Source: Marinospirillum sp.
Lineage (GTDB): Bacteria; Pseudomonadota; Gammaproteobacteria; Pseudomonadales; Halomonadaceae
DNA length: 61,697 nt
Assembly (NCBI RefSeq): GCF_007119985.1
Contig: NZ_SKOQ01000063.1
Direction: 5' to 3' (one strand)
The notes beneath the pieces were generated by a model. That model worked only from the letters and a program-made list of their open reading frames with translations. It ran no database searches and had not been told where the DNA came from. Position numbers and translations under genes: made by a program. Of this stretch, positions 41,705-51,796 are shown piece after piece (the stretch's first letter is position 1; each line of letters begins with the position of its first letter).

Positions 41705-42916
41705 ATGCCATTTACCAGTCTCGACCTACAAAAAATCAACTCTGGTCAGTTGCAGATGCATCAGCCTGTGCCTTGGGCGATCTGTGATGAGAAGGGCCAG
41801 CTTTTACTCGAAAAAGGGGGGATGATTGAGTCCACTGAGTTTAAGCTGATTCTGGAAAAATTAGGCTATTTTGCTTATCAAGTTGAAAGTGATGTGCCGC
41901 AGCCTGTGCAGTTTAACAAGCGTAAGGTCAACCCTTTTGCTGAATTTGAAGATCTGAGTTTTCGTTTAGGAGAACTCTTTAGCCAGCTGGAAAAAGGCAC
42001 TGTCTTTGGTCCTGGTGTGGTCAAACGTCGCATTTTTGATGTGATCACCCAAGTGCAGGGCTTGGTTCAGCATGATGCGGATGCCTTGCTGGGTGCCGTG
42101 CATCTCAATGATCGACTTGATTATATTGTGCATCACCCAATGCAGATCGCTATCTTGACTGAGTTGGTTCTCGAGCGTCTGAAAATCCCACAGAAAATTC
42201 GCCTGAGTGTGTTGGCCGCGGCGCTGACCAGTAATGTGGCGATGAATCCCTACCAAAAAATCCTGCATCAGCAAACTTCGCCATTAACGGATAAGCAGCG
42301 CGATATGATTCATCGCCACCCTGTTGAAGGGGTGCGCCAGCTCAAAAATGCAGGCATAGATGATGAACTCTGGTTGATGCTGGTGGCGCAACACCACGAA
42401 AAATTGGATGGCAGTGGTTACCCAGCTGGATTAAAGGGCGAAGCGGTTCGCTATGAGGCTCGTCTGCTCGCTGTGGCCGATGTCTATTCAGCCATGGTGA
42501 CGCCGCGTGTTTACCGTGGTCCGCTACGCTTAAAAGAATCTTTAAAGGATTTGATGCAGCAGGGTGGGGTGACTTTGGACGCCAAAATTATCCGCATCTT
42601 TATTACTGAACTCGGCTTATATCCACCGGGTGTGTTTGTCCGCTTAAATAATGGTGACCTAGGTGTGGTGGTGGGCCGAACCCCTGATCCCAAGTGTCCT
42701 GTGGTCGCCAGTATCAAAAAATCAGATGGTAACTTCTTTCCCTCGCCGCGCAAAAGGCGGACATCAGATGCAGACTATGGCATCAAGTATGTCTGTGATG
42801 CGACAGAGCGGGTACAGATTAATCCAGCCAATCTTTGGGGCCTAGATGCGATCCGTGTTGAAGTGCGTCGTCCTGAGTTTTCCGAGGTTTCTGAGTTCTT
42901 GCGTCAGTTGAGCTAA
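41705..42916 (+). CDS. HD-GYP domain protein, HD dyad degenerate (paralog of 14596..15765)
   Basis: HHEKLDGSGYP, VADVY, GLYPPG; LAAALTSNVA in place of LHDIG. Confidence 0.84.
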   Translation: MPFTSLDLQKINSGQLQMHQPVPWAICDEKGQLLLEKGGMIESTEFKLILEKLGYFAYQVESDVPQPVQFNKRKVNPFAEFEDLSFRLGELFSQLEKGTVFGPGVVKRRIFDVITQVQGLVQHDADALLGAVHLNDRLDYIVHHPMQIAILTELVLERLKIPQKIRLSVLAAALTSNVAMNPYQKILHQQTSPLTDKQRDMIHRHPVEGVRQLKNAGIDDELWLMLVAQHHEKLDGSGYPAGLKGEAVRYEARLLAVADVYSAMVTPRVYRGPLRLKESLKDLMQQGGVTLDAKIIRIFITELGLYPPGVFVRLNNGDLGVVVGRTPDPKCPVVASIKKSDGNFFPSPRKRRTSDADYGIKYVCDATERVQINPANLWGLDAIRVEVRRPEFSEVSEFLRQLS

Positions 42917-42946
42917 ACTGCGCATCTAGAGCTTCAGAGGCTGCGC

Positions 42947-43312
42947 CTAGGCGTGGCCTTGCTGGAGAGCCAGCAGGAGTAGCCGTAGGCTGAGCCACAT
43001 CACCACCGCGCCCAGTGCCAGATGAAGCCAAGCAGCGACCTGCCATAAGCCGCGCTTGAACCTATGCTTGATCCTCGCCCAGCGCGTTGAAGGCGTGGAT
43101 TGCTGAAGAAAAGGATGTTGAAAAAGGCTGACCAGGCTGCTCCACCAGAAGAGCAGCAGACTGGCGATCCATACCCAAGGTTGAGCCGGATCGAGTGGTG
43201 GGTATAACAGGCTGAACAGCCCCAGGGCCAAACTAAGGGCCAGTACTAGCAGGGCGAGCCATCGCCAAGGCTGGCCAGCTTGAGCCAAGCGCAGATAAAA
43301 ACGTAAAATCAA
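42947..43312 (-). CDS. Small hypothetical membrane protein (about 3 TM)
   Basis: Hydrophobic 121 aa; TTG start overlaps the DGC stop (TTGA). Confidence 0.6.
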   Translation of the reverse strand: MILRFYLRLAQAGQPWRWLALLVLALSLALGLFSLLYPPLDPAQPWVWIASLLLFWWSSLVSLFQHPFLQQSTPSTRWARIKHRFKRGLWQVAAWLHLALGAVVMWLSLRLLLLALQQGHA

Positions 43313-45174
43313 TACTTCTCCTTACTGAGCCAGAGATCAGGTGTAAAGCGGATGACGCGATTGCGGCCCTGATCCTTAGCCGCGTAAAGCGCTACATCGG
43401 CGAATTTCAGCACCTGCCAGAAGGCCTGTCCATCAGATGGGAAGTCGGCCAGCCCGATAGACAGGGTTTTATTGATCAGCAGATGTCCCGCCTTGAATTG
43501 ATGCTCCTCGACAGCCAGACGTATTTTTTCGGCTACCTTTTCACCAGCAGCAGCTGGGGTATCGAGCAGTATAATCAGAAACTCTTCACCACCATAGCGG
43601 ATCACGAGATCAGAATCGCGCACTTGAGCCAGAAAAATCTGCGCTAAATCGATTAAAATCTGATCGCCAACATCATGTCCATAGCTATCATTGACGGTTT
43701 TAAAGTAGTCTAAATCAAGCATCATCAAGGTCATCGCGCTTTCGCGGCGTTTGCATTGGCTCATTAGACTCTCTGAGTACTCTTCAAGGAAGCGCCGGTT
43801 ACGCAGTCCAGTCATTGCATCATTCAGTGTGGATTCTTTCAAGCTCGCCATCAGGGATTTGGCTTGAAGGACTGGGGCAGCTTCGCGCAGATAGGCCTCG
43901 ATCAAGGGGAGTTGGGTCGGGATACGGGCCTGCTCTTCGTGGTTGAGTACGAGTTGAATAACGCTGCCGACCCCCCCAGCTTGCAGAATCGGCAAGCACA
44001 GATAGCTGGATTCTGCTTTGCGGGCCTCATCGGCAAAAGAGCGGCATAAACTGGTGTGATCTATCCCATCAATGCGGTGTCCAGTGCGGACGGCGCGACA
44101 AGCTCGACAGTGTTCATTGATATCGGCCGAGCACCAGTAGGTCGGTGCCTGAGCGATGCCATCGACATTGACGGTGATCAGTCGTTTTTGTTGTGCATCA
44201 ACCTCATAAATACTAAAGGTGTGTAGTGAGAACTCTTCTTGCAGCACATCGCTGATCCGTTGATAGACCTCACTGATGTGTTCATCTTCTTCGATAGCCT
44301 GTTTGAATTTGGCGACCTTGACCAGTCCGGCAACTGTTTGCGCTGTTTCGGCAAGTAGATCCCCCTGCTGGCTGGGCTGTGTCATGACCAGATGGGCGAC
44401 ATTACTTCTGATTTCACTGAGCTTTTGGTTGATCCCTGCCGTGAGCCGATTAAAACTTTCGGCAATGCTGCCGATCTCATCCTGACTACGTGGTTGTAAA
44501 CGCAAATCAAAATGTCCTGCACTGGCTTGATCAACAGCGGTTTGAATTTCTTGGGCGGTCAGGACCAGTGGGTTCAATAGGCGCTTTAAAAAGAATAAGC
44601 ACAGCAGCGCGAAGGCAATCACGGCCAGCACTAGAAAAAAGACCGTAATCAGTGCAGCTTGGCGCATGGGTTCAATCGATGCGGTCAGCGTGACGGCACC
44701 GAGCACTGAGTTTTCTGGTACGGCATGGCAGCTGAGACAGTTCACCTCGCCTTGGCTGCTGGCGATATAGGGTAGGGTGGCGCGAAAATACGGGCTCAAA
44801 TAGCCGCCTGAGAGGGTGTAGACTGGTTCGCCGCTGATCAGCACCGCATGATCTATTGCGTCGCCTGGTGTTTCTGCCAGTAAGCCATGACCAAACTGCT
44901 CTTCGACCTGAGGGCCGCGAATGACGCGCACACTATCGAGGCCTTCAACATGAGCAATCCTCTGAAGAAAAGAGTCTCGCGTATGGATTGTGCCATTGAC
45001 CATGGACTCGGTTAGGGCCACCAGTGTGATTTCGGCCGCAGTGCGCGTATGTTCGGTTGCAGCACGAATAGAAAACTCGCGCAGTGACAGCAGACTGGCG
45101 AGCGTGATGACCAGCGTCAGCAATAACATGACAGTGACAAGGGCCGCCATCATTTTGGTTTGTAATCTGGGCAT
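43309..45174 (-). CDS. Diguanylate cyclase: TM - CxxCH sensor - TM - HAMP - GAF-like - GGDEF
   Basis: CLSCH between two TMs; DEIGSIAESFN; DAMTGLRNRR, DLDYFK.VND, RDSD I-site, RYGGEEF. Confidence 0.92.
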   Translation of the reverse strand: MPRLQTKMMAALVTVMLLLTLVITLASLLSLREFSIRAATEHTRTAAEITLVALTESMVNGTIHTRDSFLQRIAHVEGLDSVRVIRGPQVEEQFGHGLLAETPGDAIDHAVLISGEPVYTLSGGYLSPYFRATLPYIASSQGEVNCLSCHAVPENSVLGAVTLTASIEPMRQAALITVFFLVLAVIAFALLCLFFLKRLLNPLVLTAQEIQTAVDQASAGHFDLRLQPRSQDEIGSIAESFNRLTAGINQKLSEIRSNVAHLVMTQPSQQGDLLAETAQTVAGLVKVAKFKQAIEEDEHISEVYQRISDVLQEEFSLHTFSIYEVDAQQKRLITVNVDGIAQAPTYWCSADINEHCRACRAVRTGHRIDGIDHTSLCRSFADEARKAESSYLCLPILQAGGVGSVIQLVLNHEEQARIPTQLPLIEAYLREAAPVLQAKSLMASLKESTLNDAMTGLRNRRFLEEYSESLMSQCKRRESAMTLMMLDLDYFKTVNDSYGHDVGDQILIDLAQIFLAQVRDSDLVIRYGGEEFLIILLDTPAAAGEKVAEKIRLAVEEHQFKAGHLLINKTLSIGLADFPSDGQAFWQVLKFADVALYAAKDQGRNRVIRFTPDLWLSKEKY

Positions 45175-45407
45175 GCGCTTTCGGTTCCTTGAAGGTGAGC
45201 ACGATCTGCTACTGAAGCATAGCGTAAAACTGAGTGCGTTCGAGTCAGAAGCGCGTTATTTTAAAGGGGCTGGGTGAAGTTAAACTTGATCTATAGCTAA
45301 GAAAACTCGCGTGAATCATTGGGTTGGTTGATCTTGATTCACTGTTGTATTGATGGTGGTTGATCCAAGGCTGAGTGAGTGGGTATTTTAAAAAGGTGGA
45401 ATCAAGA

Positions 45408-45818
45408 ATGGCGCTAGAAAGGAGAGGTAAGGTGGATAGGTTAAAAGAGCGCGAGCCCAGACTCTTTCGTGATCGGCGTCAAAAGCCAGATCTTTGGACG
45501 CGTATGATCAGTATTTTTGGTGCTTTAAGCTGGCTGCTGATGCTGCCAACCCTATTGTTGATTGATCATGCCCGCCCGCAGGTCGAAACCTTCTTTGATC
45601 GCTGGCTAGGTTTGAGTGTGCAGGCAGACTGGGACCAGACTTTTTTCTTTCAAGCTTTTTTACTGATGCTGCTGATCCTGGTGCTTTCAGGCACTGGCCT
45701 GCTGCTCAATGGGATGCGTCGGCGGCGTCGGCAGGATAGTTATCGAGTGAATTTGATTCTTGTCTTTACCCTTTCATTGGCGGGTTGCCTTCATTATTTG
45801 TGGCGTTTCGGCTTTTAG
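45408..45818 (+). CDS. Hypothetical membrane protein (about 3 TM)
   Basis: Three hydrophobic segments, DRR and ARP motifs; alternative GTG start at 45432. Confidence 0.65.
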   Translation: MALERRGKVDRLKEREPRLFRDRRQKPDLWTRMISIFGALSWLLMLPTLLLIDHARPQVETFFDRWLGLSVQADWDQTFFFQAFLLMLLILVLSGTGLLLNGMRRRRRQDSYRVNLILVFTLSLAGCLHYLWRFGF

Positions 45819-45840
45819 GCCGTTCTGGCCCAGTGATCCA

Positions 45841-45885
45841 AAAACGCCCTGCTGATCGTCAATTAAGACATCGGCAGGGCGTTTT
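45841..45885. terminator. Bidirectional terminator
   Basis: AAAACGCCCTGCTGAT...ATCGGCAGGGCGTTTT. Confidence 0.75.
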
Positions 45886-45956
45886 GCTTAACGGCTTCAA
45901 CCTAGACACATCCTGGCCTCGATTTCTGGGGGAAGGCCGGGCTTTCAGCTAAGGTC

Positions 45957-47666
45957 TTAAGCCTGTATCTGTTCTTGCAAAAAGGCCAAGGCCTGATCGG
46001 CAGGCAGCATCTGGGCTTCACTGGCACGACGGTGCTTGTATTCCAGCTGGCCTTCTTTGAGGCTGCGTTCGCCAATCACGATACGGTGTGGAATACCAAT
46101 CAATTCCAGATCCGCGAACTTGGAGCCAGGGCGCTCATCACGATCATCCAGCAGCACATCAATACCCGCCGCTTGTAGCTCTTGGTAGAGACGATCACTG
46201 GTTTCACGAACCAACTCTGATTTATGGGCATTCATTGGCACCAAGGCCACGGTGAAGGGGGCCAAACTGTCTGGCCAGATAATGCCCGCTGCGTCATGAT
46301 TCTGCTCAATCGCCGAAGCGACAACACGACTGACACCGATACCATAGCAACCCATGGTCAGGGTGGCTTGCTTGCCTTGTTCGTCAAGGACGCTGGCTTT
46401 CATTGCTTCGGCATATTTAGTGCCGAGCTGGAAGATATGGCCGACTTCGATACCGCGTTTGATCAACAGCTGGCCTTGACCATCTGGACTAGGATCACCG
46501 GCTTGGACATTGCGCAGGTCGGCCACCTCGGGCAGGGGCAGATCACGCTCCCAGTTGATGCCAAAATAGTGCTGACCATCTTGATTGGCACCGGCGGCAA
46601 AGTCGCTCATCAGTGCCACTGAACGATCGATGATGCAAGGCAGTGGGAGTTCAACTGGCCCCAAAGAACCAGGTCCGGCGCCAATGGCGGCACGGATGGC
46701 CTCATCACTGGCCATTTCAAGTGGGCTGGCAACCTGGGGTAAATTGGCTGCTTTGATTTCATTCAGTTCATGATCGCCGCGCAGAATCAAGGCAATGAGG
46801 CCGCCTTCCGCTGCCTTCACGATCAGGGTTTTTACGGTTTTTTCTATGGGCAGATCGAACTGCTCGACCAGCTGAGCGATGGTCTTGGCTTCGGGTGTGG
46901 GCACCAGACGCAGCGCCTCGCTTGGCGCAGCACGCTGGGTCTCACGCGGCAGGGCTTCAGCTTTTTCGATATTCGCTGCATAGTCAGAGGTATCGGAGAA
47001 GGCGATATCATCCTCCCCTGAGTCTGCCAGCACATGGAATTCATGCGAGCCTGTGCCGCCGATCGAGCCGTTATCGGCAATCACTGGGCGGAAATCCAAG
47101 CCCAAGCGAGTGAAGATACGGCAATAGGCGGCATGCATCGCATCATAGGTCTGCTGCAAGGATTCTTGAGTCAGGTGGAAGGAGTAGGCATCCTTCATAA
47201 TGAACTCACGCGCACGCATCACACCAAAGCGGGGGCGGATTTCATCACGGAATTTGGTTTGGATTTGATAGAAATTGCAAGGTAGTTGCTTATAAGAGCG
47301 CAGCTCGCGACGAATCAGATCCGTGATCACTTCTTCGTGCGTGGGGCCCACGCAGAATTCGCGCTCATGGCGATCTTTGAGGCGCAGGAGTTCTTTGCCG
47401 TATTCTTCCCAGCGGCCGGATTCTTGCCAAAGTTCCGCTGGCTGAATGCCGGGCATTAAGACTTCCTGCGCGCCAGCTCGGTCCATTTCTTCACGCACAA
47501 TTCGCTCGACCTTGCGCAGTGTGCGCAGACCTAAAGGCAGCCAAGTATAGAGGCCAGAGCCGATGCTGCGAATCAAGCCGGCACGCAGCATCAGCTGGTG
47601 GCTGATCACCTGCGCATCATTGGGGGTTTCTTTGAGTGTGGCGATCAATAATTGAGAAGCGCGCAT
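45957..47666 (-). CDS. proS: Proline--tRNA ligase
   Basis: [32 protein letters not shown]. Confidence 0.98.
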   Translation of the reverse strand: MRASQLLIATLKETPNDAQVISHQLMLRAGLIRSIGSGLYTWLPLGLRTLRKVERIVREEMDRAGAQEVLMPGIQPAELWQESGRWEEYGKELLRLKDRHEREFCVGPTHEEVITDLIRRELRSYKQLPCNFYQIQTKFRDEIRPRFGVMRAREFIMKDAYSFHLTQESLQQTYDAMHAAYCRIFTRLGLDFRPVIADNGSIGGTGSHEFHVLADSGEDDIAFSDTSDYAANIEKAEALPRETQRAAPSEALRLVPTPEAKTIAQLVEQFDLPIEKTVKTLIVKAAEGGLIALILRGDHELNEIKAANLPQVASPLEMASDEAIRAAIGAGPGSLGPVELPLPCIIDRSVALMSDFAAGANQDGQHYFGINWERDLPLPEVADLRNVQAGDPSPDGQGQLLIKRGIEVGHIFQLGTKYAEAMKASVLDEQGKQATLTMGCYGIGVSRVVASAIEQNHDAAGIIWPDSLAPFTVALVPMNAHKSELVRETSDRLYQELQAAGIDVLLDDRDERPGSKFADLELIGIPHRIVIGERSLKEGQLEYKHRRASEAQMLPADQALAFLQEQIQA

Positions 47667-47787
47667 GATCTTTCTACCTTAGTGATACAAGAATAAAAGG
47701 TCCGAATAAAAACGCGGCAAGGCAAGACCTGACCGCGCTTTTGTCCGCATTAAAGAGGGGGTAAAAGTGAAGCGCAATGTACAGGAA

Positions 47788-48777
47788 TCAGCGATTCACG
47801 TCCACCAGCAGCCGGCCGCGAATCTGCCCAGCCAGCAGAGCTGGAGCTTGCTCGATGGCCTGCGCCAAAGGAAGCTCTTCGAGCAAGAGCTGCTGGTAGA
47901 TCTGTTGATCAAGCAGCTTACTGAGTCTTTGCCATGCGGCTTGTCTTTCTGCCTTCGGGCAGTAAACGCTATCGACACCAGCCAGCGTGATACCCCGCAG
48001 GATAAAGGGCGCGACGCTGGCCGGCAAATCCATGCCTTGTGCCAAACCGCAGGCGGCCACGACCCCACGATATTGCAAACTGGCGCAGACGTTGGCCAAG
48101 GTATGACTGCCCACACTGTCGATTGCTGCCGCCCAGCGCTCTTTCGCTAGAGGCTTGCCAGGCGCGCTCAGCTCAGCGCGATCAATCACCTGCTGTGCTC
48201 CCAGCTGGGTTAAAAAATCAGCCTCAGCAGGACGACCCGTTGAGGCCACCACCTGATAGCCAAGCCGAGATAGCAAAGCCACGGCCACACTGCCAACGCC
48301 GCCGGCTGCACCGGTGACCAGCACTGGGCCTTGTTCAGGTGTGATGCCATGACGCTCCAGTGCCATGACGCACAGCATGGCGGTATAGCCGGCCGTGCCC
48401 AGCGTCATCGCCTGGCGTGAGCTCATGCCCGCTGGCTGGTGGATCAGCCAGTCGCCCTTTAAGCTGGCTTGTTGCGCTAAGCCACCCCAGTGCTGCTCAC
48501 CAACACCCCAGCCATTGAGAATCACCGCATCGCCCTGCTGAAAATCAGCATGGCGGCTTTTTAATACCTTGCCAGCACAGTCGATGCCGGGAACCAGTGG
48601 AAAGCGGCGTACTACCGGCGCTTGGCCAGTGATCGCCAGTGCATCCTTATAGTTCAGCGTGGAGTAATCAATCGCGACCAGCACTTCTTCATCAGGTAGA
48701 TCGGCAGGGGTGATCGAGGCAAGGCGCGCCTGAGTTTGGCCATCTTGTTGTTCGAGCATCACGGCTTGAAAAGTCAT
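47788..48777 (-). CDS. Acrylyl-CoA reductase AcuI/YhdH family MDR oxidoreductase
   Basis: STLNYKDALA, GTAGYTA, TGAAGGVGS, PFILRG. Confidence 0.9.
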   Translation of the reverse strand: MTFQAVMLEQQDGQTQARLASITPADLPDEEVLVAIDYSTLNYKDALAITGQAPVVRRFPLVPGIDCAGKVLKSRHADFQQGDAVILNGWGVGEQHWGGLAQQASLKGDWLIHQPAGMSSRQAMTLGTAGYTAMLCVMALERHGITPEQGPVLVTGAAGGVGSVAVALLSRLGYQVVASTGRPAEADFLTQLGAQQVIDRAELSAPGKPLAKERWAAAIDSVGSHTLANVCASLQYRGVVAACGLAQGMDLPASVAPFILRGITLAGVDSVYCPKAERQAAWQRLSKLLDQQIYQQLLLEELPLAQAIEQAPALLAGQIRGRLLVDVNR

Positions 48778-48841
48778 TAGCGGCTCCTTAAGGTGGTCAC
48801 GAATGTTGGATCGAATGATCCAAACTTCATGAATGGGTGTA

Positions 48842-50143
48842 TTAGCTACTTGGATTGCTGCGCACACTGAGTGCCAGCTGGCGCGTACTCATCTGCTGAT
48901 CCAGCGTCGCAAAAAGCTGGCGGCTGTGTTCTGTAAACTGCTCTAAATCTTGGCCTTCAAGGCGCTCTGTGGAAGGCAGCTCCACCCGCATCGCGTTCAC
49001 TGGGCGGCCACCGATGTGCAACTCATAGTGAAGGTGAGGCCCGGTGCTGCGGCCTGAATTGCCTGTCTGAGCGATTTGTTGGCCACGACGAACGCTTTGG
49101 CCGCGGTTGACCAGAATGCGGTTCAGGTGTAAGTAGCGGGTTTCATAGCCCTGGCCGTGCGCTAGGACTACATAGTGTCCGGCATAGGGGTGCCAGCCAC
49201 GACGCAGCACGGTGCCATCGGCGGGCGCGACGACGCTAGTACCGATCGGTGTCGCAAAATCGGTGCCATAGTGAGGCTGAACTCGTCCAGTAATAGGGTG
49301 GCGACGGTTGAGATTAAAGTGTGAGCTGATACGAAAGTTCTGCGCCAAGGGTGTGCGACTAAAGGGTGGGATGAGACTGGCTCCGTCAGGGGTATAAAAG
49401 CGATCATCACTGTGGCGGGCCGCACGGATCTGGAGTCGGTCACCCTGGTATTCAAAAGCCATCAGGCGGGTCGAGTAAGGTCGTGGGTCGCCACTAAGCC
49501 ATTCTTGCTCCACTAATAAAGAGAAGCGATCACCATTACGCGCATCACGGCGCAAGGGCAGGTGGCGATCTAAAGCAGCGGCAATAGCCCCTTCTTGGCC
49601 GGCAATTTCAGGCATGTTCTGGAGGCTGTTGATGAGAATGCCGTCCAGCACGCCTTCGAGGCGCACATAGCGGACTTCTCGCTGGTTGCTGAGACTGTTA
49701 AAAGCAAACTGTTGGCCGTCACGTACCCACTCATGTCCTTCGGCTCGATTCGCCCAGATACGCAAGGCAAGCAGCTGGCCATCACGGCTGGCTAACCACT
49801 CAATATGCTGGCCAGGATGAATACGGTGCAGCAGCTGAGCCCCATCTTGCTGATCCAGTAGGCGATAGAGGGTCGCTAAAGGCAGGTGCATCCGGTTCTG
49901 CCACAAATGAGACAGGCGATCTCCAGTTTGCAGTGTGTATTGTTCCCATTGAGGCGGGGGAGAGAGGGCCGGAATCAGTGCATTATGGAAATCCGTGGCC
50001 TCAAGGACTTCTAACACCTCATGGCTCAGTGGCGCGGCTTCAGGCTCCGGCATGGGGCTAGGGAAGAAAAAGAGAACCAAGGCCAGAGCCAGAATAAGGG
50101 GGAAAAAAAACATCAAAAAGCGCGGAACAAGGCGGGTCAACAT
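48842..50143 (-). CDS. M23 family peptidoglycan DD-endopeptidase (MepM-like)
   Basis: HYGTDF, YLHL, GRSTGPHLHYE; N-terminal TM. Confidence 0.9.
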   Translation of the reverse strand: MLTRLVPRFLMFFFPLILALALVLFFFPSPMPEPEAAPLSHEVLEVLEATDFHNALIPALSPPPQWEQYTLQTGDRLSHLWQNRMHLPLATLYRLLDQQDGAQLLHRIHPGQHIEWLASRDGQLLALRIWANRAEGHEWVRDGQQFAFNSLSNQREVRYVRLEGVLDGILINSLQNMPEIAGQEGAIAAALDRHLPLRRDARNGDRFSLLVEQEWLSGDPRPYSTRLMAFEYQGDRLQIRAARHSDDRFYTPDGASLIPPFSRTPLAQNFRISSHFNLNRRHPITGRVQPHYGTDFATPIGTSVVAPADGTVLRRGWHPYAGHYVVLAHGQGYETRYLHLNRILVNRGQSVRRGQQIAQTGNSGRSTGPHLHYELHIGGRPVNAMRVELPSTERLEGQDLEQFTEHSRQLFATLDQQMSTRQLALSVRSNPSS

Positions 50144-50349
50144 GGTCACTTCACAACTCTGGCTAGGAAAAAGGGGATGATAAGCAAGCGAGAGGCGGTA
50201 ATACTATAACAAGACAGCTGTTTTATCATCGGTTCGGCAGAGTATGACCAATCTTTTTGCATTTATTTCAGTTAAAATGTCGCTTTTTTGTCGCAGGCAC
50301 TCTGTGACCTGTTGTCTCAGCCCCCGTGCCTGGTCGTGAGGATTGCAGT

Positions 50350-51264
50350 GTGAACCTGGAAGTCAAATGGTTAGAGGATTTTGTGGCCTTAGCCGCCACA
50401 CGGAGTTTTTCTCAGGCAGCCAAGCGGCGTTATGTCACTCAGCCCGCATTTAGTCGGCGCATTCAGTCTTTAGAGCGTTCTGTCGGTGCTACTCTAGTGG
50501 ATCGCACCAAATCCCCGCTTGATTTGACGGCCGATGGACAGCTTTTTTTAATCACCGCACGCAATGTGGTGGAGCAGTTGGGCGAGGCCTTGCGGCATCT
50601 GCGTGGGTTGGATGCAGAAGCTGGCCAGCTGCTGGAATTCACCGTTGCGCACTCGTTGGCCTTTAATTTCTTTCCGCAACTGGTGCGCCGTCTACAGCAG
50701 GTGGCAGGGCCGATTAATTCACGGATGACTGCAATGAATGTCGGTGAAGCCACCCATGCCTTGCGTGAAGGACGCTGTGATTTGATGCTGGCCTATCATG
50801 ATCCGCTCGGTAGCCTGCAACTGGATCAAGAGCACTTTCCGTCACAGCGTATGGGCCACACTGAAATGCTGCCTGTTTGCGCGCGTGATGCGCAAGGGCA
50901 GCCCTGCTTTGATCTCGATGCCTCAGATGAGCAGGAGCTGCCGCTGTTAGCCTATACACAAGGTGCTTTTTTAGAGCGCTCCTTGCGGATTTTGTTGCGC
51001 CAAAAACCTGTTGGCCTGCAATTTAAAACCGTTTACGAAACCGCCATGGCCGAAGGCATCAAGGGCATGGCGCTGGAAGGTCTTGGCGTCGCTTGGGTGC
51101 CTCGGCTCAGTATTGAGCGCGAGCTAGCAGAAGGCCAGTTGGTCATCTGTGGCGGCCCACACTGGGTGATTCCGCTAGAGATTCATCTTTACCGTTGTAC
51201 GCTTGTGCATAAGCCCTTGGTGGAGCGCTTGTGGCATAAGCTGGAACAGCCACAGCCCCACTAA
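50350..51264 (+). CDS. LysR family regulator
   Basis: KWLEDF..SFSQAA..VTQPAFSRRIQSLE. Confidence 0.93.
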   Translation: MNLEVKWLEDFVALAATRSFSQAAKRRYVTQPAFSRRIQSLERSVGATLVDRTKSPLDLTADGQLFLITARNVVEQLGEALRHLRGLDAEAGQLLEFTVAHSLAFNFFPQLVRRLQQVAGPINSRMTAMNVGEATHALREGRCDLMLAYHDPLGSLQLDQEHFPSQRMGHTEMLPVCARDAQGQPCFDLDASDEQELPLLAYTQGAFLERSLRILLRQKPVGLQFKTVYETAMAEGIKGMALEGLGVAWVPRLSIERELAEGQLVICGGPHWVIPLEIHLYRCTLVHKPLVERLWHKLEQPQPH

Positions 51265-51434
51265 CTGAGGTTTGGATTCAATGGGTGTTCTGGTGAAAAT
51301 TCATCAGACTAGGCTATAATGCGCCCCTTGAAATGGGATGGTCTTGCCCCGATTGTGCCTGGGTTGATGCTGATCAACCCCCTTTAGTTAGTCTTTTGGA
51401 TAGAGCAATCATAGAGAGAGAAGAGGCTTACATC

Positions 51435-51695
51435 ATGCCAATTTACGAATATCAGTGCCAGGCTTGTGATCATCAACTTGAAGTGATGCATAAAATGAGT
51501 GAGGCAGGCCCAACGCGCTGCCCTGAGTGTGGTAAGGATAGCTTGGCACGCCAAGTCTCAGCAGCAGGCTTTCGTCTGGCCGGTGGTGGCTGGTATGAAA
51601 CTGATTTCAAAAGTGGTAACAAAAAGAACGTGGCTGAATCAAGTTCGTCAGGCGCCTCCAACGCGGCCTGCGCTTCTTGTCCAGCAGCAAGTTAA
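51435..51695 (+). CDS. FmdB family zinc-ribbon protein
   Basis: MPIYEYQCQAC..CPEC..GGGWYETDFK. Confidence 0.92.
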   Translation: MPIYEYQCQACDHQLEVMHKMSEAGPTRCPECGKDSLARQVSAAGFRLAGGGWYETDFKSGNKKNVAESSSSGASNAACASCPAAS

Positions 51696-51796
51696 GAGAC
51701 GATCGGTGTGAGGCAGGGCGATGACCGTCTCTCGCCAGCTTCACCCATCCCGCTGTTACATTACTTTACATTGACCCCAGAAAATAGGAATTATCT

